Position numbers and translations under genes: made by a program
Shown: positions 1 to 17,265 of the stretch, in pieces
Numbering within the stretch: the stretch's first letter is position 1
Layout: each line of letters starts with the position of its first letter
Notes under the pieces: model-generated
Databases searched by the model: none
What the model saw: only the letters and a program-made list of their open reading frames with translations
Told to the model about the DNA's origin: nothing
NCBI RefSeq assembly: GCF_009914755.1
Contig: NC_060928.1
Strand: one strand, 5' to 3'
Source of the DNA: the human T2T-CHM13v2.0 reference genome, Homo sapiens
Length of the DNA stretch: 64,000 bases

Positions 1-174
<174 letters not shown>

Positions 175-231
175 TCAAGCTCAAGTCCTTCTGAATTTAA
201 AGAGGAGGATTTTGAAGCTCTGTGTCTCTAA

Positions 232-696
<465 letters not shown>

Positions 697-1416
697 TAAA
701 ATTCACTCCTTTTAAGTATAGTTTGACAAGTTTTGACAAATGCATATGGTTGTGTAACTACCATGATGATCAAGATATAGAACTTTTCTATCACCCCAAA
801 AAGTGCTTCATGATCCTTTACAGTCAGTCCCCTTCCCTAGTTCCTGACTGTGGTAATCACTCATCTTATTTTCTTTCCCTAGTTTTTCCTTTCAGATAAT
901 GAAATGTAAATGAATCATACAATACAGAACCTTTGGTGTCTGGTTACTTTCCCTTAGGAGGGAGCTTTTGATTTTGCCCATATTGTTATGAGTGTCCATA
1001 GTTGAGTCCTTTTTATGGCTGAGTAGTATTCCTTTGCAGGCATGCATCACCATTTGTTTAACCATTCATCACATGAAGGACATTTGAGTTATTTCCAGTT
1101 TGGGGCTACTATGAATAAAGCGACTAGAAACATTCACATACAAGTCTTTATGTAAATATGTTTCTTTCTTTCGGGTAAATAAATACATAGGAATGGGGCA
1201 TAGGTTGTATAGAAAATGTATGTGTATGCTTAACTTTATAAGAATCTGTCAAACTGTTTTCCAAGTGGCTATATAATTTTGCATACCAACCAGCAATGAA
1301 AGAGAGTTCTAGTTGCTCTACACCCTTACCAGTATTGATAGCCTTTTTAATTTTAGCCAGGCTAACATATATATAGTAGTATCTCCTTATTATTCCAATT
1401 TGCATTTCCCTAATGA

Positions 1417-1758
<342 letters not shown>

Positions 1759-1972
1759 TCCATTTGTCTTAAGTTAAGTATCTGTTCAAATCTTTTGCTC
1801 ATTTTTAATTGGGTAGTTGATTTTGTGTTGAGTTTGGGGAGTTCTATATTCTAAATAAAAGTCCTTTATCAGATATATATTTTGCAAATATTTTCTCCAA
1901 ATCTATTGCTAGGCTTCATTTTCTTAAGTGTCTTTTGAAAAGCACAAGTTCTTCACAAAAATGTTCTCCTGA

Positions 1973-2284
<312 letters not shown>

Positions 2285-2412
2285 CTTCTTTTGGATGTTT
2301 TATAGTTTGGGCTGTTATATTTATTTTAGGTCTATGATCTATTTTGAGTTAAGCTGCATATGGTGCAAGGTAAAGGCCAAGGCTTATTCCCTTGCCTATG
2401 GATGTCTAACAC

Positions 2413-2856
2413 TGATACTGACCCAATAGTCCCACAGATAGTTTTTTGGATAAACATAGAAATTGACGCGTCTTACCTTAAAGCTTGAATCTCACATTTA
2501 TTTTATCTGAGTTCCTTCCTCAGGAAATGACCTTCAGGCCTATCATAAAAGGTATCAAAGAACTGAAACTCACCAAATCCCACATCCAGGCAATGAGATG
2601 CCAGACCCCTCATTCATCATGATGGCTTCCTTGCTCCTCCCTAGCTCCTGTTTCCTTATACATTGTTATATTTCTTCCCTGCTATATAAACCCCTAGTTT
2701 TAGTTGGTCAGGGAGATGAATTTGAGACTGAGCTCCCATCTCCTTGGCTGCACCCAATTAAAGCCTTCTTCCTTGGCAATACTGGTCATCTCAGTGATTG
2801 GCTTTCTGTTTGGTGAGCAGTAGGACCCAGACAGAACCCCTGGTCTTTTGGTAAGG
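2413..2856 (+). mobile_element. Solo ERV LTR (LTR47-like)
   Basis: Starts TG, has TATATAAA at ~2684 and ATTAAA at ~2757, 4-bp TSD ACAC at 2409-12 and 2857-60 within L1. Family name is from a recalled consensus. Confidence 0.7.
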
Positions 2857-3826
2857 ACACCATTTATTGAAAAGACTATCTTTTCCCCATGAAATTATGT
2901 TGGTACCTTTACCAAAATCAATTGACCATATATGTGTGGGTCTATTTCAGGTCTCGTTATTCTGTTCAATTGATCTATACATGTTATCTTTATGTCAATA
3001 ACATATTATCTAGAATACTGTAGCTTTATAATAAATAAGTCTTGAATCGGGTTAGTAAAACTTCAAAAACATTTTGGCTGTATAAGGTCCTTTGCATTTG
3101 ACATAAATGATAAGATCAGCTTGTTAATTTTGACAAAAAGCTTGCTGGCATTTGGATTGAGATTACATTGAATATATTAATTTGGAGAGACTGACACTTA
3201 ACAATTGAGTTTTCTAATCCATGAACACGATTTAAGTCTTCTTTAATTTCAGTTATGTTTTGTAGTTTTCTATCTACAAGTCTTGCTTTTTTGTTAAATT
3301 TATCCCTAAGAATTTCATTTTTATGATATTGTAAATTATTTTTAATATTCGATTGTTTCTATTGACCATGTAACCTGTAACTTTATAATCTCACTTATTC
3401 TACTAGCTTTATGTGTAGATTATTGGGATTTTATATGCAAATGATCATGCAATCCATGACTAAAAAGAGTATTTTTTCTTCCTTTTGAATCTATATGCAT
3501 TTTGTATAATTTTCTTGCCTTAGTACACTGGGCAGAACCCCTAGTACAATATTGAGTAGAAGTGTTAAGAACTGACATAATTGCCTTGCCCTCATTCTTA
3601 GGGGTAAAACATTCATTCTTTCACCAATAAGTGTAAAGTTACCTGTAGGTTATTCACAGATGTCCCTTATCAAAATAAGTAGATCTATTCCTCATTTCCT
3701 GAGAATGATTTTTTTGTTTTATCATGATTCAACATAAAATTTTGTAAAATGTCTTTTCTCCATCTATTGATGCATAGAGTTAATATTTTATATTCTGTTA
3801 GTATGATGAATTTTTCAAATATCTAA

Positions 3827-4196
<370 letters not shown>

Positions 4197-6251
4197 TGGA
4201 TTTTATTTTGTAATATTTTGTTAGGGATCTTTGCATCTGTGTTCATGAGGAATATTAATCTGTAGGTTTTTTGCCCTATAATGTTTTTGCCTTATTTGGG
4301 TATCAGGGTAATGTTGTCCCATATTTCAGAAAAATTTGTGAAGCATTGATGGTATTTTTTCTTAACTGTTTGGTAAAATTCACCATTGAAGTTTCCTGGG
4401 TCAAGATTTTCTTCATGGAAAAGTTTTTAACTATGAATTCAATTTATTTAATAGAAGACTGTTCAGGCTATCTATTTCTTCTTGAGTGAGTTTGGCAGTT
4501 TGTGTCTTTCAAGAAATTTGCCTATTTTATCTAAAGTTTCAAAATTATTGGCAAAAAAATTTACTACAATATTCCCTATTATCGTTTTAATATCTGTAAG
4601 AATCTGTAGTGATATCCCTTTCTCATTCCTAATATTGGTCATTTGTGTCTTTTTTGTTGTTCATCAGTCTGGAGAGAAGTTTACTGATTTTGTTGATCTT
4701 TTCAAAGATTTAGATTTTTGTTTTATTGTTTTATTCATTTTCTCTATTTTTCCTGTCATTGATTTCTGCCTTTAGTTTTATTACCTCCTTCCTTCTGCAA
4801 GCTTTAGTTTTAATTTGCTTTGTTTTTCAGGTTTCTTAAGATGAAACTTAGATTAATAATTTGAAAACTTTCTTCCTTTCCAACATGAGCTTTTACTACC
4901 ATAAATTTCTCTGGAAACGCTGTTTTAGCTGTGTCCCACAAATTTGACATGTGTTGTCAGTTTCCTTTAAATCATAGTGTTTTCTAATATTCTTTGTGAT
5001 TTCTCCTTTACTCATGGGTTATTTAGAAGTGTGTTGATTAATATTCAAATATTTAGAATTCTTTCCAGATATATTTCTGTTACTACTTTCTTGTTTAATT
5101 CAATGTGGTCAGAAAACTTACTTTATATGAATTTCTGCACACCATGTTTTTCTCCTCAAAAATACCCTTTAAATAAAGAGTATCTTCATACATTTCTATG
5201 GTATAATCTCCAGAATATAGTGTGACTAAAGCAAGGTAGAAATATATCTTATATATGTTTCTAAATGGAAGAATAAACTACACAATTATAAACAAAATTA
5301 TTACCCTACAGGAGCAACTGAAGAACCAGGTAGAGGTGAGTGATAGAAACTAGACTCCTCTGAATACACCTTGTTTTGTACACTTTATTTTGGAACCATG
5401 ATTATAAAACAAAGTTGAGTAAAAGTAAGAAAAAAAAGGGCAAACTCTAGAAATAAAAAACAATATGATACCAAAATCATACAGACTAGCAAAATGGTTT
5501 TTCCACAATGCTTTGCATATGCTTATAAAAGCAAACAGATGCTTCATTTGGACCTTCTCAAGAGAAGTATTGTGGCTTAACTTGGCAGAGTTGTGTTTGT
5601 TCAAGATGCAGAGAATAGAGAGGGAGCTATAAACCCTCAATCTTCAAAAGGACATTTTGTAATGATAAATGCCTGTTTGCATTATTTAAATTTTAGAAAT
5701 TTAAGTAAAATGTTTAAATTGATATTTTTTGTAAAGAAAGTAAAGTGTCGGGATAATCTAATCAAGTGCAATGTAAAATTTAAAGACAACATGCATTCAT
5801 TGTTTCCATGTGTTACCATTGTATGGTAAAATAAAGTAGTCAAGAACACAAGAGCAGGAACAAGACCATCTGGATTAGAATCCTGGCTCTGCCAGGACAT
5901 ATCTGTATGACCTTAGGAAAGTTACTCAGCCTATGATGGCTCTTTTTCATTTTATCTCTCTCATTTCACCTGCAAAATTTTTTCACTTTCTTTCTCCAAG
6001 TAACATTCTGCTCCTTCCACTGTAAAGCATACTAGTCTAACCTCCTCCCACCTCCTTAGCTTTACCATGATCTGCTGAGCAAGTCCCAGTTAGTAAGATG
6101 GCGAAGACAGACTTACCCTCAGAAGAGGAGACCCTATGCATATGTTACCTTTTCTTTCCACATCTCATTAAGTTAATCTCCCAGAATCACATACACATAC
6201 ATAGCAGGGAAGGAGGGAGTATTTCTTTCCAACTCCAAAGCTCATATTTTT

Positions 6252-9200
6252 GTTTCTTCCAACTTTTAAGATCAGGGGTACATGTGCAGGATGTGCAGGT
6301 TTGTTACATAGGTAAACATGTGCCACGGTGATCACCTGCACAGATCATCCCATCACTTAGGTATTATGTGAAGCATCCATTAGTTATTCTTCCTGATTAG
6401 CCCCAGTGTGTGTTGTTCCCCCCACCCCATGTGTCCATGTATTCTCATCATTCAGCTCCCACTTATAAGTGAGAACATGCAGTATTTGGTTTTCTGTTCC
6501 TGTGTTAGTTTGCTGAGGATAATGGCTTCCAGCTCCATCCATGTCCCTGCAAAGGACATGATCTCATTTCTCTTTATGGCTGCATAGTATTCCATGGTGT
6601 ATATGTACCACATTTTCTTTATCCAGTCTATCATTGATGGGAATTTAGGTTGATTCCATGTCTTTGCTATTGTGAATAGTGCTACAATGAACATACACAT
6701 GCATGTATCTTTATAATAGAATGATTTATATTTATTTGAGTATATACTCAGTAATGAGATTGCTGGGTCAATTGCTGGGTATTTCTGCCTTTAGGTCTTT
6801 GAGGAATCACCACACTGTCTTCCACAATGGTTGAACTATTTTACACTCCCACTAACAGTGTAAAAACCGTTCTTTTTTCTCCACAACCTTACCAGCATCT
6901 GTTGTGGGTTTTGTTTTTGTTTTTGTTTTTTACTTTTCAATGAGAGCCATTCTGACTGGTGTGAGATGGTATCTCACACCAGTGAGAATTTTGATTGGAT
7001 TTTTTGGTTTTGATTTACATTTCTCTAACAATCAGTGATGTTGGGCTTTTGTTCATACGTTTGTTGGCTGCATGTATGTCTTCTTTTGAGAAATGTCTGT
7101 TCATGTCCTTTGCTCACTTTTTAATTGAGCTGTTTGTTTGTTTCTTGTAAATTTGTTTAAGTACCTTGTATATGTTGGACGTTAGACCTTTGTCAGATGT
7201 ATAGATTTCAAAAATGTTCTCCCATTCCAAAGGTTATCTGTTGACTCTGATGATAGTTTCTTTTGCTATGCAGAAACTCTTTAGTTTAATTAGATCCCAT
7301 TTGTCAAGTTTTGCTTTTGTTACAATTGCTTTTAGCATCTTCATCATGAAATCTTTGCTTGCGCCTATGTGCTGAATGGTATTACCTAGATTTTTTTCCA
7401 GGGTTTTTATAGTCTTGGGATTTTACATTTAAGTCTTTAATCCATCTTGAGTGGATTTTTGTAAATGGTGTAAGGAAGGGGTCCAGTTTCAATTTTCTGC
7501 ATATGGCTAGCCAGTTCTCCCAGCACCATTTATTAAATAGGGATTCCTTTCCCCATTGCTTGTTTTGGTCAGGTTTGCTGGAGATCAGATGATTGTAGGT
7601 GTGCAGTTTTATTTCTGGGTTCTCAATTCTGTTCCATTGGTCTATGTATCTATTCTTATACCAATACCATTCTGTTTTGGTTACTGTAGTCTTTAGCATA
7701 GTTTGGAGTCAGGTAGCATGATGCCTCCAGCTTCGTTCTTTTTGCTTAGGATTGTCTTGGCTATTCAGGCTCTTTTTTGGTTCCATGTGAATTTTAAAAT
7801 AGTTTTTTTCTAATTCTGTGAAGAATGTCAATGGTAGTTTAATGGGGATAGCAATGACTCTATAAATTTCTTTGGACAGTATGGCCATTTTCATGATACT
7901 GATTCTTCTTATCCATGAGCATGGAATTTTTTCCATTTGTTTGTGTCCTCTCTGATTTCTTTGAGCAGTGGTTTATAGCTCTCCTTGAAGAGGTCCTTCA
8001 CTTCCCTTGTTAGCTGTATTCCTAGGTATTTTATTCTTTTTGTGGCAATTGTGAATGGGAGTTCATTCACGGTTTGCCTCTCTGCTTTCCTGTTGTTGGC
8101 GTATAGGAATGCTAGTGATTTTTGCACATAGATTTTGTATCCTGAGAGTTTGCTGAAGTTGCGTATCAGCTTAAGAAGGTTTTGGGCTGAGACAAAGGGG
8201 TTTTCTAAATACACAATCTTGTCATCTGCAAACAGAGATAGTTTGACTTCCTCTCTTCCTATTTGAATATGTTTTACTTCTTTCTCTTGCCTGAATGCCT
8301 TATCCAGAACTTCCAATACTATATTGAATAGGAGTGGTGAGAAAGGGCATCCTTATGTCAACTTTCAAGGGGAATGCATCCAGTTTTTGCCCATTCAGCA
8401 TGACATTGGCTGTGGTTTTGTCGTATATGGCTCTTATTATTTTGAGGTATGTTCCTTCAATACCTAGTTTATTAAGAGTTTTTAACATGAGGAGATGTTG
8501 AATTTTATCAAAGGCCTTTTCTGCATCTATTGAGATAATCATGTGGTTTTTGCCTTTAGTTCTGTTTATGTGATGAATCGCAGTTATTGATTTGCATATG
8601 TTGAATCAACCTTGCATTCCAGGGATGAAGCCTACTTGATTGTGGTGGATAAGCCTTTTTACATGCTGCTGGATTCGGTTTGCCAGTATTTTATTGAGGA
8701 TTTTTGCATCGATGTTCATCAAGGATATTGCCCTGAAGTATTCTTTTTGTGTTATATCTCTGCCAGGTTTTGGTATCAGGATGATGCTGGTCTCATTGAA
8801 TGAGTCAAGGAGGAATCCTTCCTTTTTAATTTTTTGGAATAGTTTCAGTAGAAATGGTGCCAGCTCTTCTTTGTACCTCTGGGAGAATTCTCAGCTGTGA
8901 ATCTGTCTGGTCCTAGGCTTTTCTTGGTTGGTAGGCTATTTATTACTGCCTCAATTTCAGAACTTGTTATTGGACTATTCGGGGATTCAATTTCTTCCTG
9001 GTTGAGTCTTGAGCGGGTGTATGTGTCCAGGAATTGATCCATTTCTTCTAGATTGTCCAGTTTACATGCATAAAGGTGTTTATGGTATTCTCTGATAATT
9101 GTATTTCTGTGGAATAAGTGGTGATATCCCCCTTATAATTTCTGATTATGTGTATTTGAATCTTATCTCTTTTCTTCTTTATTAGTCTAGCTAGTGGCCT

Positions 9201-9758
9201 ATTAATTTTTTTAAAAAACCAGATCCTGGATTTGTTAATTTTTGAAGGGATTTTTGTGTCTCTATCTCCTTCAGTTCAGCTTTGATCTTGGTTATTTCTT
9301 GTCTTCTGCTAGCTTTGGGGTTCGTTTGCTCTTGTTTCTCTAGTCCTTTTAGTTGTAATGTTAGGTTGTTAACTTGAGATCTTTCTAGCTTTTTAATATA
9401 GGCATTTAGTACTATAAATTTCCCTCTTAACACTGCTTTAGCTGCATCCCAGAGATTCTGGTATGTTCTATCTTTATTCTCACTAGTTTCAAAGAACGTC
9501 TTGATTTCTGTCTTAATTTCGTCATTTACCCAAGAGTCATTCAGGAGCAGGTTGTTCAGTTTCCATGTAGTTGTGTAGTTTTGAGTGAATTTCTTAATAT
9601 TGAGTTCTAATCTGATGGTGCTATGGTCTGAGAGACTGTTTGTTATGATTGCAGTTCTTTTGCATTTGCTGAGGAGTGTTTTACTTCCAATTATATGATC
9701 AATTTTAGAGTAAGTGCCATGTGGCAAAGAGAATAATGTATATTCTGTTGTTTGGGGA
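6252..9758 (-). mobile_element. 5'-truncated primate L1 (older L1PA/L1PB type), ~3.5 kb
   Basis: ORF2 fragments: [12 protein letters not shown] (EN), [11 protein letters not shown] and LFADD (RT), EYYAAIK (C-terminus). TSD caaagc(t/c)ca(t/c)attttt at 6236-51 and 9759-74. Confidence 0.92.
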
Positions 9759-10730
9759 CAAAGCCCACATTTTTTTTGCAAACTCCATCAAGATAAAAGG
9801 CAAGATTATTAAAAGCAGAGCTGTCTTGAGCTGTAGTGTTGGAGAAGAGATCCATGGTTATGAAAGCTTAGTGTGTCCACAAGGATAGGGAACAGGGAAT
9901 TTTTTCTAGTAGTGGAATTGTTCTGTATCCTGTTTGTGGGGATGGTTTGTAGGGATGAACTTATACATGTATTAAAATTCATAGAAAGCACACACCCCCA
10001 TGAAAAGTCCATTTTGTGGTATAATTTTTTAAAAAACAGCTGCTTCAACAGAAAAATTTTCTGCTATCCAATGTGGATGACATTGAAATTGACCCAAAAA
10101 CTTAAAAGTAAAAATCTAGGCTATCTTTCCTTCTCTAGAACTGTATTTGGTCATCCCTAGGCACATGCTCTGTTCTTTGTGACAGCCAGGCCCACTGCTC
10201 CGAATCCCTGCACTAGGCAGCTCCTCCCATTCTAGAACCCTAATCTATTTATCAAAACTCACTTCCTCAATTTGAGGTTCTGCTCTCAGTTAATTGTGAC
10301 AGTAGGCAGGGTTCAATAAACCCATCCTCACCATGTAAAGCTGTTAATAACCAAGAATAATTGAATGAGACAGAAATATCTGTCAGGAATAGGCAGATCA
10401 TGGAGAATTGGAGGCAGGGAAGCTTTCACAACATCATTCACCTCGCTCCTTGTAGGTCCTGGCAATTCTGGCCTCAACATACACATAAGTCATCTCAGAG
10501 AGCTGTCATTCCTTTTCTTAAAAGTCTTCAGAAGAGTGAAGGAGGCTGTGCATGTATGGGAGCAAGGGCTCAATTTTGCTGTGAACTTAAAACTGCTTCA
10601 AAAAATAAAGTCTCTTTTTTTTAAGTCTTCACAGACTTCTCAGTATATATGCTGCATGGTAATTCTTTAGCATAGACTGGGCAAAGCTGACTATATTATT
10701 CAGTAGAGTAATAATAAAGTAACAACAGCA

Positions 10731-11048
<318 letters not shown>

Positions 11049-11049
11049 C

Positions 11050-11210
11050 TAGTATGTTTTGAACATTTATTATATGACAGGCACTGCTCTAAGTACTTCA
11101 TATGTGTTATTGCATTTAATTTTCTAGCAATCTTAAGTGGTAGATACTGTTATCATCTCAATTTTGCAGGTGAGGAAACAGAGGCAAAAGCAGTGAAAGC
11201 AACTTGCTAT
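11050..11210 (-). mobile_element. MIR
   Basis: attttgcaggtgaggaaacagaggc core. Confidence 0.7.
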
Positions 11211-11234
11211 GGTAGACACAAAGAAGTGCCACCC

Positions 11235-11605
11235 AGACCCCTGGTCAGACCTGGCCTTGTTGCCCGGCTGTGGGGAGGTGACCAATGCAGTGGGCCTTCT
11301 GCTGCCAGCTGTTCAGGTCAGCCCTAGATACAGAGCCCCTCATTAATGCCCTTCCTGGGCCGCACCACAGCACGCTTCGGAGCCAGGCCAGTGTATAAAG
11401 GTCTGGCCGTTTCAGTCCAGTGCAGGAGCACTGACTGTCTGGAGCTCCTGCAGGGCTGGCGCAGCTGCGTCGGGCCTGCATCTCATTTCCACCCCTTTCT
11501 CTGCCCAGTCCTGCTTCCGCCATTGGCCTGTCCTGTGTTGATCCTTAACAAACACCCTGCACCCCAAACTCTGTCTCAGCACTGGCTTTGGGAGGACCCA
11601 ACCTA
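11235..11605 (+). mobile_element. ERVL LTR fragment (LTR16-like)
   Basis: 3' end aaacaccctgcaccccaaactctgtctcagc...ggacccaacc resembles LTR16 family ends. Confidence 0.5.
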
Positions 11606-11779
11606 TAGCACTTGCCAAGGGCCACAGAGCAGATAAGTCATGACCCTACAATTCAAACTCTGATGGTTTTATGCTCTTAAACACTATTGATATGCTGCCT
11701 CCACATAAAAAAACAAATCTAGAATTCTCCTATAGCAATGGTTAAAACTATTACTAGGAGTGTCTGAAATTTTTTCTTT

Positions 11780-11965
11780 AATTTTTAATAACAGCTTTAT
11801 TGAGATATAATTCACATACCACAAAATCCATCCTTTTAAAGTATACATACAATTCAGTGTTCTTAGCACATTGGCAAAGTCGTGCAACCATGACTGCTAT
11901 CGTATTCCAGAACATTTCATCACCTCAAAAAGACACCCTGTCCCCCTTAGCAGTCACTCCCCATT
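11780..11965 (-). mobile_element. L1M 3'-end fragment
   Basis: acagctttattgagatataattcacatacc is the antisense L1MB/MC terminus. Confidence 0.7.
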
Positions 11966-12802
11966 TGTCTTTAATTTTGGTCCACCTAAACGATAATTCA
12001 TGTAGTTAATCTGTTCTTGCCAGCTGTGAAAGTTATCCACTGTGATGTAAGATACAAACTCTCCCAATTTCACTTCCTTTTAAAGTATTAAATCCATAAA
12101 CATGTTCAAATGCTTGTTCCGTCATCTCACTCTTGGGAATTTATTCTAAGAAAAAAATGACAAAAGATGGGAGGAAAACGAAATGGTTTGTTGCAGCATA
12201 GTTTAAAAACTAAGAAACTGGAAACAAATTGCTGTCCATCGTGGGTGATTGTTTAAACTGTGGCACATAAACAACATGGAATACTGTGCATCTATCAAAG
12301 ACTAAATAGCAAAAAGAAAAATGTTTGGTATAACATTAAGCATAAAAGCAGAAAATAAAATTGCATTTACAACTATGTAAATGATGTATGTATGGATACG
12401 GGTCAAAAGGAAATGGAGAAAAATGAAAACAGTTGCTGCAAGAGGATGTTGGAACTGTGAATTATTTTCATTCTTCTGAGTTCCTTTATTATTGTCAAAA
12501 TGTGGTCTTTACAATAAATGAGAATTGGAGGGAAAACATGCATATATCTACTCTTGCCAGGAAAAATTCTCACTCATAAAGGGAGGTGGTATGACAGAAA
12601 ATTATTGTTAAGGGCAAGTACTTTGGAGTCACCTGGACTTGGATTTCAATTCTGGCTCTGATGCTTCTGAGATGTGACAATAGGCAGTAGCCTAATTCTG
12701 TAAGCCTAACTTTCCACAAATGTTAACAGGGGCTGATACAGTCATACATGACCCCATGTGGCTGTTGTGAAGAGAAGTGAGATGGCGGAGCCCAGCCCTC
12801 CT

Positions 12803-12890
12803 TTTTTTTTTTTGAGACAGAGTCACCCAGCTGGAGTGCTGTGGTGAATCCTGGCTCACTGCAGCCTCGACCTCCTGACTTCCTGGCCTC
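12803..12890 (-). mobile_element. Alu fragment
   Basis: Poly(T) followed by gagacagagtc...cactgcagcctcgacctcc. Confidence 0.8.
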
Positions 12891-13758
12891 AGAGAGCACC
12901 ACTTATTAAATGGTAGTTACTGCTATTTTTGTTGCATAGGTAACGGTGATTAGAGTGATGGTGGTGGTACCGACAAGGGGACAGGGAATGGAAGCTTTTA
13001 TGAGAATACCATTAACACTGAAAAAAAAATAGAATGACAGTATAATTTTCTACTGAATACACAGGTGGAGGACTTTCTATCATCTCTACCAATTGATCAA
13101 TTCAGACCAAGTAAGCATTGCTTCAAAGGAGAGTTGGGTTGGGGGTGCATCACTCCTTAGCTGGAGATACAGAGAAATCTATACCTACAAGATCCTCAAG
13201 GTGTCCTTGTTGAAAACTTCATCCAAGGAACTCAAGTACTGCTGGATTTGTGTGACTCATCTTACGAACGAATACAAAGGCCTATTAACTATTCTATGGT
13301 TGTCGTCATTGATATATTAACAAAGAGTCTGTGTGGGATACTAAGAAAACCCCGTTCATGTCTTTGTCTTCCCTGCTGGTCTGGATGAGCTGTCCTCTCC
13401 CCTGAGGCCCTTCCTGCCTTTGCACACAAGACACCATCCCTGCTGGTCCTGCCCACACAAAGACTCAGGAAGTTCCTCTTACTCTTGCATCAATTTGCGC
13501 TCACCCCTCCCCAGCATATAGATGTGCTGTCGTGTCTCCCACCTTAATAAAAAACAAAAATTCTTATGTGATTCCACATCTCTTTCTAGATACAGACCAT
13601 CTCTCCTTTCCCCTTTACAGAAAAACTCCTTGAAAGAGAATAGCAGGATGCTGAAAAGTACTGAAGCTGGGTGATGGGAATACGTATATTATTCTTGCTA
13701 CATTTTTTAATTTAGAAAGACTATTGAGCTGTAATTGACAAACAATAAACTGTATATA

Positions 13759-14422
13759 CAATTGGCCCTCCATATCCATGGGTTCTGTATCCATGGATTC
13801 AACCAATTCAGATCAAAAGTATTTGGAAAAAAATGGATGGTTGCCTCTATACTGATCATGTGCAGATTTTTTTCCCTTGTCGTTATTCCCAAAACAATAC
13901 AGTATAGTAATGTAGCATTTACACTGTATTTGGTACTATAAGTAATTGATACGGTTTGGCTGTGTCCCCACCCACCCAAATCTCATCTTCAATTGTAGCT
14001 CCCATAATTCCCACATGTTGTGGGAGGGACCTGGTGGGAGATCATTGAATCATGGGGGCAGCTTCCCCCATACTGTTCTTGTGGTAGTGAATAAGTCTCA
14101 CGAGATCTGATGATTTTATAAGGGGTTTCCTCTTTCGCTTGATTCTGATTCTCTCTTTCCTGCCACCATGTAAGACGTGCCTTTCACCTTCCACCATGAT
14201 TGTGAGGCCTCCACAGCCACGTGGAACTGTGAGTCCGTTCTTTTTCTTTATAAATTACCCAGTCTCGGGTATGTCTTTATCAGTAGCATGAAAACGGACT
14301 AATACAGTAATCTTGAGATGATTTAAAGTATATGGGAGGATGTGTGTAGGTTATATGCAAATGGAATTTGGTATCTTTGAGGGTCCTGAAATCAATCCCC
14401 CTTGGGTACTGAGGGATGACAG
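13759..14422 (-). mobile_element. MER2 (TcMar-Tigger), split by THE1
   Basis: TA|caattggccctccatatcc...gagggatgacag|TA. Confidence 0.85.
13947..14306 (+). mobile_element. THE1 solo LTR (MaLR)
   Basis: tgatacggtttggctgtgtcccca...ggactaataca, with 5-bp TSD GTAAT at 13942-46 and 14307-11. Confidence 0.93.
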
Positions 14423-15489
14423 TATTTTGTATGTACAGTGTAATAAGTATTGGCACATGAATATGCTTGTAAAACCATCATCACAATCAAAATAATGAAC
14501 ATATCTATCACCCTTGGAAACTTTCTAGGGCCCCTTTGAAATCCCTCCCTCTTGCCCCTCCTTCCCAGACCACCTTTCTGTTGTTATACATGCATTTGCA
14601 TCTTGTAGAATTTTTATAAGTGAAAATCATACAATATGTACGTTTTTATTTGCCTTGCTTGTCTCACACAGCATAATAATTTTGAGATTCATCCATGTTG
14701 CAGCATGCCCCAATAGTTCCCTCCCTGTTATTGCTGAGTACTATTTAAATATACCACAGTTTGTTTATCCATTCACCTGCTGATAGACATTTGGGTTATT
14801 TCCAGCTTGGGTCTATTACAAGTAAAGCTTCTACGAACATTCAAATACACGTCTTTGTAGAGACATATGCTTTCATTTGTCCAGGCTAAATATGAGAATG
14901 GAATAGCCAGATCAGATGACAGGTGTACATTTAAATTTTTAAGAAACTGCAAAACTGTTTTGCAGAGTATTTGCACAGTTTTATATTCCCACCAGCAGTG
15001 AATAAGAGTTCCAGATCCTCCACATCCAAACAACACTTAGCATATAGTCAGATTTTTTTTATTTTTATCATTCCAGTAGGTGTGGTTTCTCCTTGTGGTT
15101 TTAATTTGCATTTCCCTGAGAAATTACTTAATGGGTACAATACACATTATTTGGGGACGGATATTGTAAAAGCTTTTACTTCACTGCTATGTAATGAATG
15201 CATATAACAAAATTGCACTTGTGCCTGTAAATTTATACACATAAAAAATTTTGCATTTCTCTACTGACTAATGAAGTTGAGCATCTTTTCATGTGCTTAT
15301 TTGCCATCCACAGGCTTTCTTTGAACAAGTGTCGTTCAAATCTTTTGCTCATTTTTTAATTGAGTTGTTTGCTTTCTTATTGTTGGCTTTTGAGAGTTTT
15401 TTTTAATATCATAGATACCAATCCTTTAACAGATATGATTTTCAAATATTATCTCCCAGTCTCTTTATTCTCTTGAGAGCGTCTCTGAG

Positions 15490-16020
15490 ATATATATATA
15501 CAATAGAATATTATTTAGTCCCAAAATACTGTTTATGGCAAAATAGATTAATCTGAAGGACATTATGCTAAGTGAAATTAACAAGCACAGAAAGACAAAT
15601 ATTGAATAATCTTACTTATATGTGGATCTAATAAGTTAAATTCATAGACATAGAGAATAGAATGATGGTTACCAGAGGTTGAGGTGGTAGGGTGGTGAGG
15701 ATGCAGGGAATGAGGAGCTGTTAATCAAAGGGCACAAGTTTCAGACAGACAAGGGGAATAGACTTTGAGATCTATTGCACAGCAAAGTAACCAGAGTCAT
15801 AATAATGTGTTATATATTTCAGAATAACACGGTAAATTTCAAATGTCTCACCCTAAAAAATGACAGTAAGCAAGGTGATGGACATGTTTAATTAGCTTGA
15901 TTTAATCATGTCATATTGTATACATATATCAAGGCATCACATTGTACCCAATAAATGTATAAAATTAAGATCTGTCCATCAAAAATAATATTAGTAATAA
16001 AATTTTAACTAAAAAAATTA
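15490..16020 (+). mobile_element. L1MA 3'-end fragment
   Basis: gacattatgctaagtgaaat...catcacattgtaccc, typical of the L1MA 3' UTR. Confidence 0.75.
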
Positions 16021-16109
16021 AAAGCAGAATTTTTAATTTGGGTGAGTCCAATTTATCAATATTCTTTTTATGCCTAGTGCTTTTGATGTCCTATTGAAGA
16101 AATTTTTAC

Positions 16110-16909
<800 letters not shown>

Positions 16910-16912
16910 GTA

Positions 16913-17265
<353 letters not shown>

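Noticed and set aside
6111-6120. Perfect minus-strand donor GAGG|GTAAGT
   Set aside because: No convincing upstream acceptor before the L1; isolated donors occur by chance.
7382-9781. Reverse transcriptase/endonuclease-like ORFs
   Set aside because: Frameshifted ORF2 pieces of a 5'-truncated L1; not an active element or a novel RT system.
13093-13320. Unique segment considered as a snoRNA or exon
   Set aside because: No recognisable family, no convincing box motifs and no paired splice sites.
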